Origin: Candidatus Cybelea sp.
Lineage (GTDB): Bacteria; Vulcanimicrobiota; Vulcanimicrobiia; Vulcanimicrobiales; Vulcanimicrobiaceae
Direction of reading: 5' to 3'
Assembly: GCA_035939175.1 (NCBI GenBank)
Contig: DASZGC010000015.1
Coordinates: 11,261 to 75,260 of the forward strand
Length of the DNA: 64,000 nt
In this document: piece after piece, positions 54,508 to 63,387 of the stretch
Position numbering within the stretch: the first letter of the stretch is position 1
Layout of the letters: each line of letters begins with the position of its first letter
The notes under the pieces: generated by a model
The model's input: the letters and a program-made list of their open reading frames with translations, nothing else
Database searches by the model: none
What the model was told of the DNA's origin: nothing
Translations under genes and position numbers: made by a program

Positions 54508-56582
54508 TCGCCGTCGCGCTTCTCGCCGTATCGCTCCTGCCCGCACGCCTCCAGCCCGACCCTCCCTTCCCGCGCATCGTCACCCAGGCGCCAACGATCG
54601 AAAGCGTCGCACCGGGCGTCGACTACGGCGACTACGCGCTGGACACGTCCGAGGGTCCGCTCGCGGTGCGCGTGGTGGGAATCGAAACGCGTCGAAGCGA
54701 CGTGCGCCTGGGAACCGTCGTCGCGAACGACTCGCTGGTCTCGCGCGGCGAGACGATCGGCTCGATGGCGCAACGCACGAGTGCGGTCGCCGGCATCAAC
54801 GGCGACTACTTCGACATCGGCAACACCAACCGTCCCGTCAACATGGTTATCCGCGGCGGCGCCTTGCTGCAGCTGCCGTACAAGCGTTACGTCATCGCGA
54901 TCGGACGCGACGGGACGCCGCATATTGCCGAGTTCGCTTTTACCGGTGAGATCGAGATCTCGCAGCGCACGATGCCGCTCGACGGCATCGACGAGATGCC
55001 GCAGCCCGGCGGCGGGCTCTCGCTGCTCACGCCGCTCTATGGGCGCGTGCCGCCGCACGACGACATCACGCTCGTCGCGCTGGCGCCGCTGGACGGAATG
55101 CCGCCGCTGGCCCGCTATCGCGTCACGAGAATCGCCGATAATACGAGCCCGCAGCCGCCGGGGTACTACGCGGCAATCGGGCTCTCGGATTACGGCGCCG
55201 TCGGCGTTCCCGACGTCGGTTCGATCGTTTCCGTCGGCGGCGATCTCTCGCCGCTGGGTCTGAGCTCGATCGTCACGGCGGTCGGCGGCGGCGCACTGAT
55301 CCTCCACGACGGCGCCTGGTACGACGACGGCGACGCGCCCTACCGCGAGGAGAACGTGCGGCGCATGCCTTGCTCGGGCGTGGCCTTCGCGGCAGACGGG
55401 CGACTCTTCTTCGTCGAGGTCGACGGACGCGAGCCCGAGCGCAGCGTCGGGGTTACGCGCCCGGCGTTCGCGGCACTGATGCGCTCGCTGGGCGCGAGCG
55501 AAGGGCTCCTGCTCGACGGCGGCGGTTCTTCGACGCTCGTCGTGAGGCGGTTGGGCGACGAGCAGCCGCAGGTCGTCAACGCGCCGTCTGACGGAAAGGA
55601 GCGTCCCGTCGCCGACGGCCTCTTCGCGTACAGCAGCGCGCCGGTCGGGCCGGCCGTACGACTGATCGCGCAGCCCGGGATCGTGCGTGCGCTGCCGGGA
55701 GCACAGATTGCGTTACGCGTTGCCGCCGTCGACGCCGGCGACCACGTCGCTGCGGGCGAGCGACCGGTGCACGTTGCCGTCTCCCCGCCGTCGCTCGGCG
55801 AGTATCGTGACGGTGCGTTCGTTGCCCGGCACTCGGGAAGCGGGCAGCTGCTTTTGAGCGACGGGGCCCTGCACGGCGACGTCGCGGTCGAGGTTAGCGG
55901 CCAGCCCGCAAGCACGCGCATCACGCCGCTGCGGCCGAACGTCGACGTCGGAGGGAGCGTCGCGCTCGTCGCGCGCGCCTTCGACGCCCGCGGCTACCCG
56001 CTCGCAGTGCCGGACGCGCTTGCGTGGCGCGCGACGAGCGGCTCGATCGACGCGCGCGGCCTCTTCCGCGCCGGATCCCACGACGCCGACGTGAGCGTTC
56101 GCATCGGCGACGTGCCGGCAACCGCACGCGTGACCGTCGGCTCGCACGACGAAGCGCTCGCGTTCGCGCAGGCCGCGCACTTCGTCACCGCACCTCGCGG
56201 GGGCGCCGGCTCGCTCGAAAAGAACGCGGGATGCGACGGCTGCATCTCGCTGCACTTCTCGTTCGCCGGGAACGAACGCGCTGCGTACGCGATGGCGGAA
56301 ATCCCACTCCCCGACGACACGCTGGGGGTGACGTTCGACGTTCTCGATGACGGCAGCGCCGGCCGCATGCGCCTCTCGGTGCGCAACGAGATCAACGAAG
56401 ACGTTTTGCTCGACGCTACGCGCTTAGGCAATCCCGGCTGGCGCCGAGTCGTGGTGCGCTTCCCCGCCGGCACGCAAGCCAAACACCTCACCGCGATCTA
56501 CGTGCTGGCGCTCAAAGGCATCGAACTCTCGGAAGGCACGGTCACGATTCGCAACGTTCGCGCCATCGTCGCGGGGCAGTAG
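54504..56582 (+). CDS. Phosphodiester glycosidase (NAGPA-domain) family protein with C-terminal Ig/CBM-like domains
   Basis: ATG at 54504 overlaps the upstream stop (ATGA); in-frame ATG 54495 is an alternative. Motifs AVAGINGDYFDIGNTNRP and LLLDGGGSSTLV are present. Confidence 0.7.
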   Translation: MIAVALLAVSLLPARLQPDPPFPRIVTQAPTIESVAPGVDYGDYALDTSEGPLAVRVVGIETRRSDVRLGTVVANDSLVSRGETIGSMAQRTSAVAGINGDYFDIGNTNRPVNMVIRGGALLQLPYKRYVIAIGRDGTPHIAEFAFTGEIEISQRTMPLDGIDEMPQPGGGLSLLTPLYGRVPPHDDITLVALAPLDGMPPLARYRVTRIADNTSPQPPGYYAAIGLSDYGAVGVPDVGSIVSVGGDLSPLGLSSIVTAVGGGALILHDGAWYDDGDAPYREENVRRMPCSGVAFAADGRLFFVEVDGREPERSVGVTRPAFAALMRSLGASEGLLLDGGGSSTLVVRRLGDEQPQVVNAPSDGKERPVADGLFAYSSAPVGPAVRLIAQPGIVRALPGAQIALRVAAVDAGDHVAAGERPVHVAVSPPSLGEYRDGAFVARHSGSGQLLLSDGALHGDVAVEVSGQPASTRITPLRPNVDVGGSVALVARAFDARGYPLAVPDALAWRATSGSIDARGLFRAGSHDADVSVRIGDVPATARVTVGSHDEALAFAQAAHFVTAPRGGAGSLEKNAGCDGCISLHFSFAGNERAAYAMAEIPLPDDTLGVTFDVLDDGSAGRMRLSVRNEINEDVLLDATRLGNPGWRRVVVRFPAGTQAKHLTAIYVLALKGIELSEGTVTIRNVRAIVAGQ

Positions 56583-56590
56583 GCTCGCTC

Positions 56591-56624
56591 GGGAATTTGA
56601 GGCGGCGAGCCGCCTCAAGTTCCC
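56591..56624. terminator. 15-bp hairpin at a convergent gene junction (possible bidirectional terminator, no U-tract)
   Basis: GGGAAUUUGAGGCGG-CGAG-CCGCCUCAAGUUCCC with one G-U pair. It begins 9 nt after the plus-strand stop. It also contains the minus-strand stop codon (56615-56617). Confidence 0.4.
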
Positions 56625-57562
56625 AGTTGGGAATTAGGTGATTTCGTCCGCGGTTCTTGGGAAAGAAGCGTCCCGGCAAGTCCGGCAACGATGAGCAGCG
56701 AGCCGATCGCGACCGCGATCAGGTTTGGTGCGGCCAGAACGTCGACTTGCGGGTAGCTCGCGAGCGTTCCTCGCAGTACGAGGCCGCCGACGCTCACGGG
56801 ACGACCGCCCGCGGACAGTGCGATGCCGTGCGGCACCGGACGATCGCTTTCGTCGTCGACGACGAAAAGTACCGCGCCTTCACCGGGCGCGGTCGCGGCG
56901 CGCGCCAGCAGTGCGGCCTGCGCCGGCGTGAACATGATCGCGCGCACGATCCGGTGCGCGGCGGGAATGTTGAACGAGTCGAAGGGCAGGTCCATGCCTT
57001 CGATCTTCTGTTGGTGCTGCATCAACAGCACCGGCGAGAGAAAGACGGCGCCCTGCGGTTGCGTGATGGTCAGCCGGTCTCCCGCGGCGTCGCGCGCCTC
57101 GACGTAGACGGCGCTGCGCGGCGTCGCGCGCAGAATGAAGCTGCCCGCGTTGCGCGCACGCGTTCCAACTTGCAGCGGTGGTCGCAGCGGGCGCTCGAGC
57201 GCGACCTCCGGCAATGCCGCGGCCTGCGAGGCGAGCGGAAACACGAGCGTCCCGAGGCCTTCGACGCGCACGTGCTCGCCGGGCGCCCCGACGTAAGTGC
57301 GATCGTCGGGCGCGAACAGGCCGTTCGCGACACCGGCGATGCCGGTCGCCACCGTTCCAAGCACGACGGCGAGCACGGCGGTTCGGGCGCGAACGCCGTT
57401 GGCTCGCCCCGCATATCGTCGCCCCCAGATCGGTACGACGACGACGAGCGCGGCCAGCGCGACGTTGTACGAGCCGTAGTGGTAGAGCGCGTGCCCGGGC
57501 CAGAGAACCTCGACGGCAACCGCGACGCCGACGACGACGGCTCCGAGAAGAAAGCGCTTCAA
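56615..57562 (-). CDS. Hypothetical membrane protein (N-terminal TM cluster, large extracytoplasmic domain, C-terminal TM)
   Basis: TTG at 57562 overlaps the tlpA-like stop (TTGA). 315 aa. Starts LKRFLLGAVVVGVAVAVEVLW... and ends ...APNLIAVAIGSLLIVAGLAGTLL. The topology resembles ResB/Ccs1, but no motif was recognised. Confidence 0.5.
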   Translation of the reverse strand: MKRFLLGAVVVGVAVAVEVLWPGHALYHYGSYNVALAALVVVVPIWGRRYAGRANGVRARTAVLAVVLGTVATGIAGVANGLFAPDDRTYVGAPGEHVRVEGLGTLVFPLASQAAALPEVALERPLRPPLQVGTRARNAGSFILRATPRSAVYVEARDAAGDRLTITQPQGAVFLSPVLLMQHQQKIEGMDLPFDSFNIPAAHRIVRAIMFTPAQAALLARAATAPGEGAVLFVVDDESDRPVPHGIALSAGGRPVSVGGLVLRGTLASYPQVDVLAAPNLIAVAIGSLLIVAGLAGTLLSQEPRTKSPNSQLGT

Positions 57563-58092
57563 TCCGAACGCATCGCATCGGCAACGGCTGCGCGCATCTG
57601 CTCCAGCGTCAGCGGCCCGTCGAAGCCGCGCATCACGATGCCGCGCCGGTCGACGATCACCGTCGTCGGCAAACCGAGCGCCGCGTAGATGAGACCGTAT
57701 CGCTCGTTGGAATCGAGCCAAATCGGAAAGCGGATCTGCAGCGCATCGGCGAAGGCTCGTGCCTTCTGCGGCGACTCGCCCTCGTTGACGCCCACCACGG
57801 CGACTCCACGATGCGCGTTGGCTTTCGCCAGCTGCTGGAGGTCGGGCATCTCGGCACGGCACGGCGGACACCACGACGCCCAGAGGTTCATCACGACGAT
57901 GCTGCCGCGATAGCGGTCCAGCGAGACGGAGCGGCCGAGGTCGTCCTGCAAGGGGAATACCGGAGCCTGACGCCCGGCGAGCGCGGCGGGCCCGCTCGTT
58001 GCCGGCGATTGCGAGACGACGTAGGGTTCCGCGACGAACGCGGCGACGATCGCCGCCAGCGCGACGACCGCCCATCCGATATACCGTTGCAT
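57559..58092 (-). CDS. Membrane-anchored thiol:disulfide oxidoreductase (TlpA/ResA-like thioredoxin)
   Basis: Start set at ATG 58092 (MQRYIGWAVVALAAIVAAF). Active site is WASWCPPCRAEMP. 177 aa. Confidence 0.85.
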   Translation of the reverse strand: MQRYIGWAVVALAAIVAAFVAEPYVVSQSPATSGPAALAGRQAPVFPLQDDLGRSVSLDRYRGSIVVMNLWASWCPPCRAEMPDLQQLAKANAHRGVAVVGVNEGESPQKARAFADALQIRFPIWLDSNERYGLIYAALGLPTTVIVDRRGIVMRGFDGPLTLEQMRAAVADAMRSD

Positions 58093-58160
58093 TATTCGAC
58101 CGCAGGTCTTCCGGACGCGTAAGCGAGGAGCCCTGCTGCGGCGGACGAAACGGCGACGGC

Positions 58161-59021
58161 GTGCCTGCTGCCATTCTCGACGGACGCGCGCTTGCCGCCG
58201 AACTGCGCACCGAACTGGTCGAGCGGACCGGTGTCCTGCGTGCGCGCGGAATCGAGCCGCGTCTCGCGATCGTTTTCGTCGGCGAAAACGAGTCGAGCCT
58301 GGCGTACGTGCGCAACCTCGTGCGCACCGGCGAGCGCGCGGGTATCGCCGTCGACGTCGTGCACCTGCGGCCGGATGCTTCCGTCGCGACGGTGCGCGAG
58401 AGGCTCGAAGAGCTGCGCGACGATCCCGCGACGCACGGGGTGCTGCTGCAGCAGCCGCTGCCGGCGAATCTCTCGATTCGCGAGATCGCCGACGCGATTC
58501 CGGCGCACAAGGACGTCGACGGAGCTCACCCCACAAACCAAGGCCACTTGGCGTTTGGCAGCGGCACCGAGTACGTGCCCGCCACCCCGGCGGCGGTGAT
58601 GCTGTTGCTGGAACGCAGCCCGCACTGGCCGCTGCGCGGCCGCAGTGCCGTGATGATCGGCCGGTCGATCGTCGTCGGCGCGCCGGTCGCGATGCTGATG
58701 CTCGCACAGGACGCGACGGTGACGGTGCTGCACAAAGAGTCGGCATCGCTGCAGCCTTTCGTGAGGCTCGCCGAGGTCGTCGTCGTTGCGGCGGGCGTTC
58801 CGGGCTTGATCCGTGGGGAGGATTTGATGCCGGGCGCAACGGTGATCGACGTCGGCACCACGCTGATCGACGGCGTACTGCGCGGCGACGTCGATTTCGA
58901 AAGCGCGCTGCCCGTAGCGGGAGCGATTACGCCGGTTCCGGGAGGCGTCGGTCCGGTAACCAACGTCGCACTGCTGCGCAACGTCGTCAAGGCGGCCGAA
59001 TACGCCACGGCAGGTCGGTAG
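58161..59021 (+). CDS. folD: Bifunctional methylenetetrahydrofolate dehydrogenase/cyclohydrolase
   Basis: Start set at GTG 58161 (VPAAILDGRALA). Motifs YVRNLV, LLQQPLP, KDVDG, GRSIVVGAP and PVPGGVGP are present. 286 aa. Confidence 0.9.
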   Translation: MPAAILDGRALAAELRTELVERTGVLRARGIEPRLAIVFVGENESSLAYVRNLVRTGERAGIAVDVVHLRPDASVATVRERLEELRDDPATHGVLLQQPLPANLSIREIADAIPAHKDVDGAHPTNQGHLAFGSGTEYVPATPAAVMLLLERSPHWPLRGRSAVMIGRSIVVGAPVAMLMLAQDATVTVLHKESASLQPFVRLAEVVVVAAGVPGLIRGEDLMPGATVIDVGTTLIDGVLRGDVDFESALPVAGAITPVPGGVGPVTNVALLRNVVKAAEYATAGR

Positions 59022-59047
59022 TTCTGCCGCGGTAAAGCCGCTGCACG

Positions 59048-59626
59048 GTGAAGCCGTCCGCTCACGAACTCGACGCACTGCACGCGGCACCCCATCCCCT
59101 TCTGCTCGAGCTGGAACAGCACGCCCGCAAGGATGCCGTGCCCGTAACCGCGCGCGAAACGGGGCGCCTTCTCGCAACGCTCGTGGTTGCGATGCAAGCG
59201 AGCCGCATCCTCGAGATCGGCACCGGCTACGGCTATGCGACGCTGTGGATGGCGCTCGCTCAGCCCCGCATGGGGCGGATCTGGACGATCGACGCCGATT
59301 CCCACAAGACCGACGTCGCGCGCTCGTACTTCGAGCGCGCCGAAGAAGACGACTACATCGAGGTCTTCAATACGCCGGTACCCGAGCTGTTGGACAACTT
59401 TCCGCACCGCAACCTGGACATCGCCTTCGTCGCCGTCAACGAAATGGAGTACGGCCGCTATCTCGAGCTGATCATGCCGATGCTCAAGCTCTCGGGATTG
59501 TTGATCTTCGATCGCGCGTTACTCGCGCCGCACTCCTTCGTACATCAGTTCCTCGCGCACGACGCCCTCGAAGCAACGCTGCTGCCGCTGGGAGACGGCA
59601 TCGCGATCGGCGCGCGGCGCCGGTGA
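59048..59626 (+). CDS. Class I SAM-dependent O-methyltransferase (family 3, CCoAOMT-like)
   Basis: 192 aa. SAM motif ILEIGTGYGYATLWMA is present, along with DIAFVAVNEMEY. Confidence 0.8.
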   Translation: MKPSAHELDALHAAPHPLLLELEQHARKDAVPVTARETGRLLATLVVAMQASRILEIGTGYGYATLWMALAQPRMGRIWTIDADSHKTDVARSYFERAEEDDYIEVFNTPVPELLDNFPHRNLDIAFVAVNEMEYGRYLELIMPMLKLSGLLIFDRALLAPHSFVHQFLAHDALEATLLPLGDGIAIGARRR

Positions 59627-60105
59627 GCGACGCCGCGGCCTTCCGTCAGGCGATGCGGCGCGTTCCGACCGGCGTCACCGTCGTCACCAGCCTGAAAGAC
59701 GGCGAGCCGCGAGGCATCACGGTCAACGCCTTCGCCAGCGTCTCTCTCGAGCCGCCATCGCTGCTGATCTGCATCAATCGCGAAGCGCGCAGCTACCTCT
59801 TCATCTCTACCTCGCGTATCTTCTGCGTCAACGTGCTCGCAGGCGACCAGCGCGAGTTGGCCGAGCGCTTCTCCGGCAAGGTGCGCGAGCTGCAGTTCGC
59901 AGACGTCCGCTACTCGGTCGACGCGACCGGTGCGCCCGTGCTCGACGGCTGCATCGCGCACTTCGACTGCGAGGTTGCGCACGAGTACCAGGTCGGCTCT
60001 CACTCGATCCTCGTGGGCTCGGTGCTCTCGTGCAGCGCGCGTCCCGGCTCGCCGCTGGGCTACTTCAACGGGGGCTTTCACGACTTCGGGATCCACGTGG
60101 ACTAG
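59623..60105 (+). CDS. Flavin reductase-like (FMN-binding split barrel) protein
   Basis: GTG at 59623 overlaps the upstream stop (GTGA). Motifs FRQAMRRVPTGVTVVT and GITVNAFASVSLEPP are present. 160 aa. Confidence 0.8.
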   Translation: MSDAAAFRQAMRRVPTGVTVVTSLKDGEPRGITVNAFASVSLEPPSLLICINREARSYLFISTSRIFCVNVLAGDQRELAERFSGKVRELQFADVRYSVDATGAPVLDGCIAHFDCEVAHEYQVGSHSILVGSVLSCSARPGSPLGYFNGGFHDFGIHVD

Positions 60106-60107
60106 CC

Positions 60108-60746
60108 GTGGTGCTCGAAACGCTGGCGGTGGGGCCGCTGGACTGCAACTGTACGATTCTGGCCGACGAGAAGAGCGGAGAGGCGATCGTGGTCGACGGT
60201 GGCGACGGGGTTGCCGAGGTGACGTCGCTACTCGACGAGCGCGGCTGGCGAGCGAAGCTTTTAATTCACACGCACGCCCACATCGACCACATCGGCGATC
60301 TCGGCGGCTTGCGCGAAGCCACCGGCGCGCGCGGCCTGCTGCATCCCGCCGACCTACCGCTCTACCACATGCTGGCGCTCCAGGCGAAGTGGATCGGCCT
60401 GTTGCGCGCGCCGCGCATCGTCGCTCTCGACGGCGACCTCGCCGACGGTCAGCGATTCGACGTCGGCGCGGCGCGCGTCGAAGTGCTGCACACGCCGGGC
60501 CACACGCCGGGGAGCGTCTCCTTCGCCGTGCATGACGGAGGGGAGACGACGCTGCTCACGGGCGACACGCTCTTCGCCGGCGCGATCGGGCGCTGGGATC
60601 TCGGGGGCACCTCGATGGCGGACATCGTCCGCTCGATTCGCACCAAGCTTCTCGACTTCGCCGACGGCACGGTGGTGATCCCTGGGCACGGGCCGTTCAC
60701 GACGATCGGCGTCGAGCGCTTCTCCAATCCCTATCTGCGTGGCTGA
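60108..60746 (+). CDS. MBL-fold metallo-hydrolase (glyoxalase II-like)
   Basis: Start set at GTG 60108 (VVLETLAVGPLDCNCT). Motifs HTHAHIDHIG, HTPGHTPGS, GDTLFAG and PGHG are present. Confidence 0.85.
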   Translation: MVLETLAVGPLDCNCTILADEKSGEAIVVDGGDGVAEVTSLLDERGWRAKLLIHTHAHIDHIGDLGGLREATGARGLLHPADLPLYHMLALQAKWIGLLRAPRIVALDGDLADGQRFDVGAARVEVLHTPGHTPGSVSFAVHDGGETTLLTGDTLFAGAIGRWDLGGTSMADIVRSIRTKLLDFADGTVVIPGHGPFTTIGVERFSNPYLRG

Positions 60747-61302
60747 GCTCGCGCGCCGGCGGCGTCTTTTCGTCGGCATCGCTCTCGACGGCGCGGCGCG
60801 CGCCCGCTGTGCGGCCATATCGGAGCGGCTCGCGCAGACCGGGTTCGACGGGCGCTACGAGGCGCCCGAGAAGCTCCACGTCACGCTGGCATTCTTAGGC
60901 AACGTCGACGATGCCGCCGTGCCTCCCGTCATCGCCGCGTTAGGGGAGAGCGCCGCCGGCAGGGTGCCGTTCTCGCTCACGCTCGACCGGCTCGGCGCGT
61001 TTCCGCACGAGCGCAAGCCCCGCGTCGTCTATCTCGGGGCGCGCGAACAAGGCGCCGCGTTCCGCGGCCTCGCCGCCGCCGCGCGCCGCGCCTACGAACC
61101 GTTGGGTTTTCCGTTCGAGAAGGATGCGGTCGCGCACGTCACCATCGCGCGCGTCAAAGAGGCGCGACGACCGTTGCCCAACGTCGAGTTTGCGCCGATC
61201 GCACTTGCCGTGGCGTCGCTCGCACTCTTCGAATCGATCTTCGACGCCAAGGCCAACACGTCGAGGTACGAAGTCGTCGACTCCGTCGCGCTTGGGTCAT
61301 AG
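60739..61302 (+). CDS. thpR: RNA 2',3'-cyclic phosphodiesterase (2H phosphoesterase, LigT/ThpR)
   Basis: 187 aa. Two HxT/S motifs are present: HVTLAFLG and HVTIARV. Confidence 0.8.
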   Translation: MAELARRRRLFVGIALDGAARARCAAISERLAQTGFDGRYEAPEKLHVTLAFLGNVDDAAVPPVIAALGESAAGRVPFSLTLDRLGAFPHERKPRVVYLGAREQGAAFRGLAAAARRAYEPLGFPFEKDAVAHVTIARVKEARRPLPNVEFAPIALAVASLALFESIFDAKANTSRYEVVDSVALGS

Positions 61303-61376
61303 CGTCATCGCAACAAATGCTGCGATGGGCGATCGCTACTCGTCCGGCGGCCGCGCTCGGGATGACCGCGGACGCT

Positions 61377-61868
61377 TTAGTGAAGTTTGATTAACAGCTT
61401 GCCGTCGCCGTTTGCGCCGGCCGCGGGCGCGGCGGCTTGTGGCTGCGCGGCTGGGGCGGCGGGACGCGCCATCGATCCGAAGTCGGGAATCGTTTTCGCG
61501 GCGACTTTCGCTCGATAATCGTCGAGCGCCACGTGCAGCGCCTCGAGCGCGCGTTCGGGATAATCCTTCTTCTTCTCGGGATAGCCGCCGAGCTGCGCCT
61601 CGACCTCGCCGGTAGCGATCGCGGCGGCCTCGTCGATCGTCTTGCCCTTTGCGAGTTCGACGACCAGGCTGCACGTCGCCGTGCCGAAGCCGCAGCCGGT
61701 GGTGAAGTACGAGATATCCTCGATCACCGCGCCGGGGCCAATCTTCAAAAAGAAGTTGTACATGTCGCCGCACGAGTCGCTGAAATACTCACCACTCGCG
61801 GTCGGGCTCTCCATCGTGCGAAAGCCCGTGCGCTCTTCGACGAGGCGTTGAAACTTTGGAAAATCCAT
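61377..61868 (-). CDS. NifU-N/IscU-like Fe-S scaffold-domain protein with Ala/Pro-rich C-terminal tail
   Basis: Start set at ATG 61868 (MDFPKFQRLVEE) with AGGAG upstream. SCGD and TGCGFG motifs are present. The usual C-terminal Cys motif was not seen. The tail is ARPAAPAAQPQAAAPAAGANGDGKLLIKLH. Confidence 0.7.
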   Translation of the reverse strand: MDFPKFQRLVEERTGFRTMESPTASGEYFSDSCGDMYNFFLKIGPGAVIEDISYFTTGCGFGTATCSLVVELAKGKTIDEAAAIATGEVEAQLGGYPEKKKDYPERALEALHVALDDYRAKVAAKTIPDFGSMARPAAPAAQPQAAAPAAGANGDGKLLIKLH

Positions 61869-61882
61869 ACGATCGATAACTC

Positions 61883-62533
61883 CTACGAAGCCGCTCTGGT
61901 TGCCGCTTGCGGATGCAGTTCGAAGCGGCACTCCTTGCCGCCGTGCGCCAGCGACTCCGTCTGCGAATGCGCGCCGCCGATCGTTTCGTCGATCACGCTG
62001 TGGATCACTTGGCAGACCTCCGGATGCTCCTTCGCGGCGTTGGAGTACGGGCAATTGTGCTCGTGGATCACGAAGCCGTCGTCGAGCAGGCTGTACTCCG
62101 CCACGACGCCGCTCTTGCGCAGCATGTCGGTGAGCTGGGCGACGCGCTCCTCCGGCGCCTGCGCGGTAACGGTGAGGCGGGCGCGGGCGACCGCGCGCTC
62201 GGCGAGCCCGTCGAAAATCTGCTTGATCGCCGGCGCGCCGAACTGGTCGCGCACCTCGCGCAGCACGGCACTGAGCATCTTGTCGTAGGCCTGCGGAAAA
62301 AGCCGGTCGGCCTCGGTCGTAAGCGAGAACTCGATCGTGGGCTTGGTCGGCCCGCGGCGTACGGAGGTCTCGGCGACTAGGCCGTCCCGCTCCAGGACGG
62401 TCAGTTGCTGTCGCACCGCATTGGGCGAGAGGGCGAACACCGCGGCAAGATCGGCCGCCGAAGCCGAGCCTCGCCGGCGCAGCTCGCTCACGATCTTCCC
62501 GCGGGTGCTCTGAAAAAACCGATCGGAGTGCAT
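61883..62533 (-). CDS. sufR: SufR-like winged-helix transcriptional regulator
   Basis: 216 aa. N-terminal ArsR/DeoR-like HTH (GKIVSELRRRGSASAADLAAVFALSPNAVRQQLTVLERDGLV). The C-terminal Cys cluster is C-x12-C plus a third Cys (HNCPYSNAAKEHPEVC...KEC). The gene is divergent from sufC. Confidence 0.65.
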   Translation of the reverse strand: MHSDRFFQSTRGKIVSELRRRGSASAADLAAVFALSPNAVRQQLTVLERDGLVAETSVRRGPTKPTIEFSLTTEADRLFPQAYDKMLSAVLREVRDQFGAPAIKQIFDGLAERAVARARLTVTAQAPEERVAQLTDMLRKSGVVAEYSLLDDGFVIHEHNCPYSNAAKEHPEVCQVIHSVIDETIGGAHSQTESLAHGGKECRFELHPQAATRAAS

Positions 62534-62581
62534 CTTTGGCGCTATCCTAGCACGAAAGGTCGCAGATAGTAAAGTTTTTCC

Positions 62582-62611
62582 TTGACTTTCTAAGAGAGCC
62601 TCGGCTACGAT
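62582..62611 (+). promoter_or_regulatory. Candidate sufC promoter (TTGACT-18 nt-TACGAT) in an AT-rich spacer
   Basis: TTGACT at 62582-62587 and TACGAT at 62606-62611. The ATG at 62620 is 8 nt after the -10 element, and there is no purine-rich SD in AATTTCCT. Confidence 0.4.
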
Positions 62612-62619
62612 AATTTCCT

Positions 62620-63387
62620 ATGTCGGATCAAGGCCTTCACATCAAGAATTTGCACTGCAGCGTCGCCGGCAACGACATCCTGCGGGGAATCGACCTAAGC
62701 GTCCACCCGGGCCGCGTCGCAGCCCTCATGGGGCCCAACGGCAGCGGCAAGTCGACGCTCGCCTTTTCGCTTACCGGTCACCCCAACTATGAGGTGACGG
62801 GCAGCGTGACCCTCGACGGTGAGGATCTGCTCTCCCTCGCACCCGATAAGCGAGCCCGTGCCGGGCTCTTCCTCTCGTTTCAGTATCCTGCGGCCATTCC
62901 GGGGGTGAAAGTCGCGAACTTTCTCCACGCGGCGCGCCAGGCAGAACGCCCCGGCGACCTGCCGCCGGCGAAGTTCCGCGCGCTGCTCTTGGAAAAGATG
63001 GATCAGCTCGGAATCGATCCGTCGTTCATGGGACGCTATCTCAACGACGGGTTCTCCGGCGGCGAAAAGAAGCGCTTGGAGATGCTGCAGCTCGCGGTGC
63101 TCGCGCCGAAGTACGCCATCCTCGACGAGACCGATTCCGGTCTCGACATCGATGCCCTCAAGGACGTCGGCACCTCGATCGGAGCGCTGCGCGCCAGTGA
63201 CGAAGGGCGCAACGCCGGCTTCCTGATCATCACGCACTATCCGCGAATTCTGCAGTACGTCGTTCCCGACGTCGTGCACGTGATGATCGACGGCCGCATC
63301 GTCAAGACCGGCGATGCCGAACTCGCCCAACGCATCGAACGCGAAGGCTACGACAAGCTGCGCGAAGAGGCCGCGGCGATTGCCTAG
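62620..63387 (+). CDS. sufC: Fe-S cluster assembly ATPase SufC
   Basis: 255 aa. Walker A GPNGSGKST, the signature FSGGEKKR, and Walker B ILDETDSGLD are present. Confidence 0.95.
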   Translation: MSDQGLHIKNLHCSVAGNDILRGIDLSVHPGRVAALMGPNGSGKSTLAFSLTGHPNYEVTGSVTLDGEDLLSLAPDKRARAGLFLSFQYPAAIPGVKVANFLHAARQAERPGDLPPAKFRALLLEKMDQLGIDPSFMGRYLNDGFSGGEKKRLEMLQLAVLAPKYAILDETDSGLDIDALKDVGTSIGALRASDEGRNAGFLIITHYPRILQYVVPDVVHVMIDGRIVKTGDAELAQRIEREGYDKLREEAAAIA

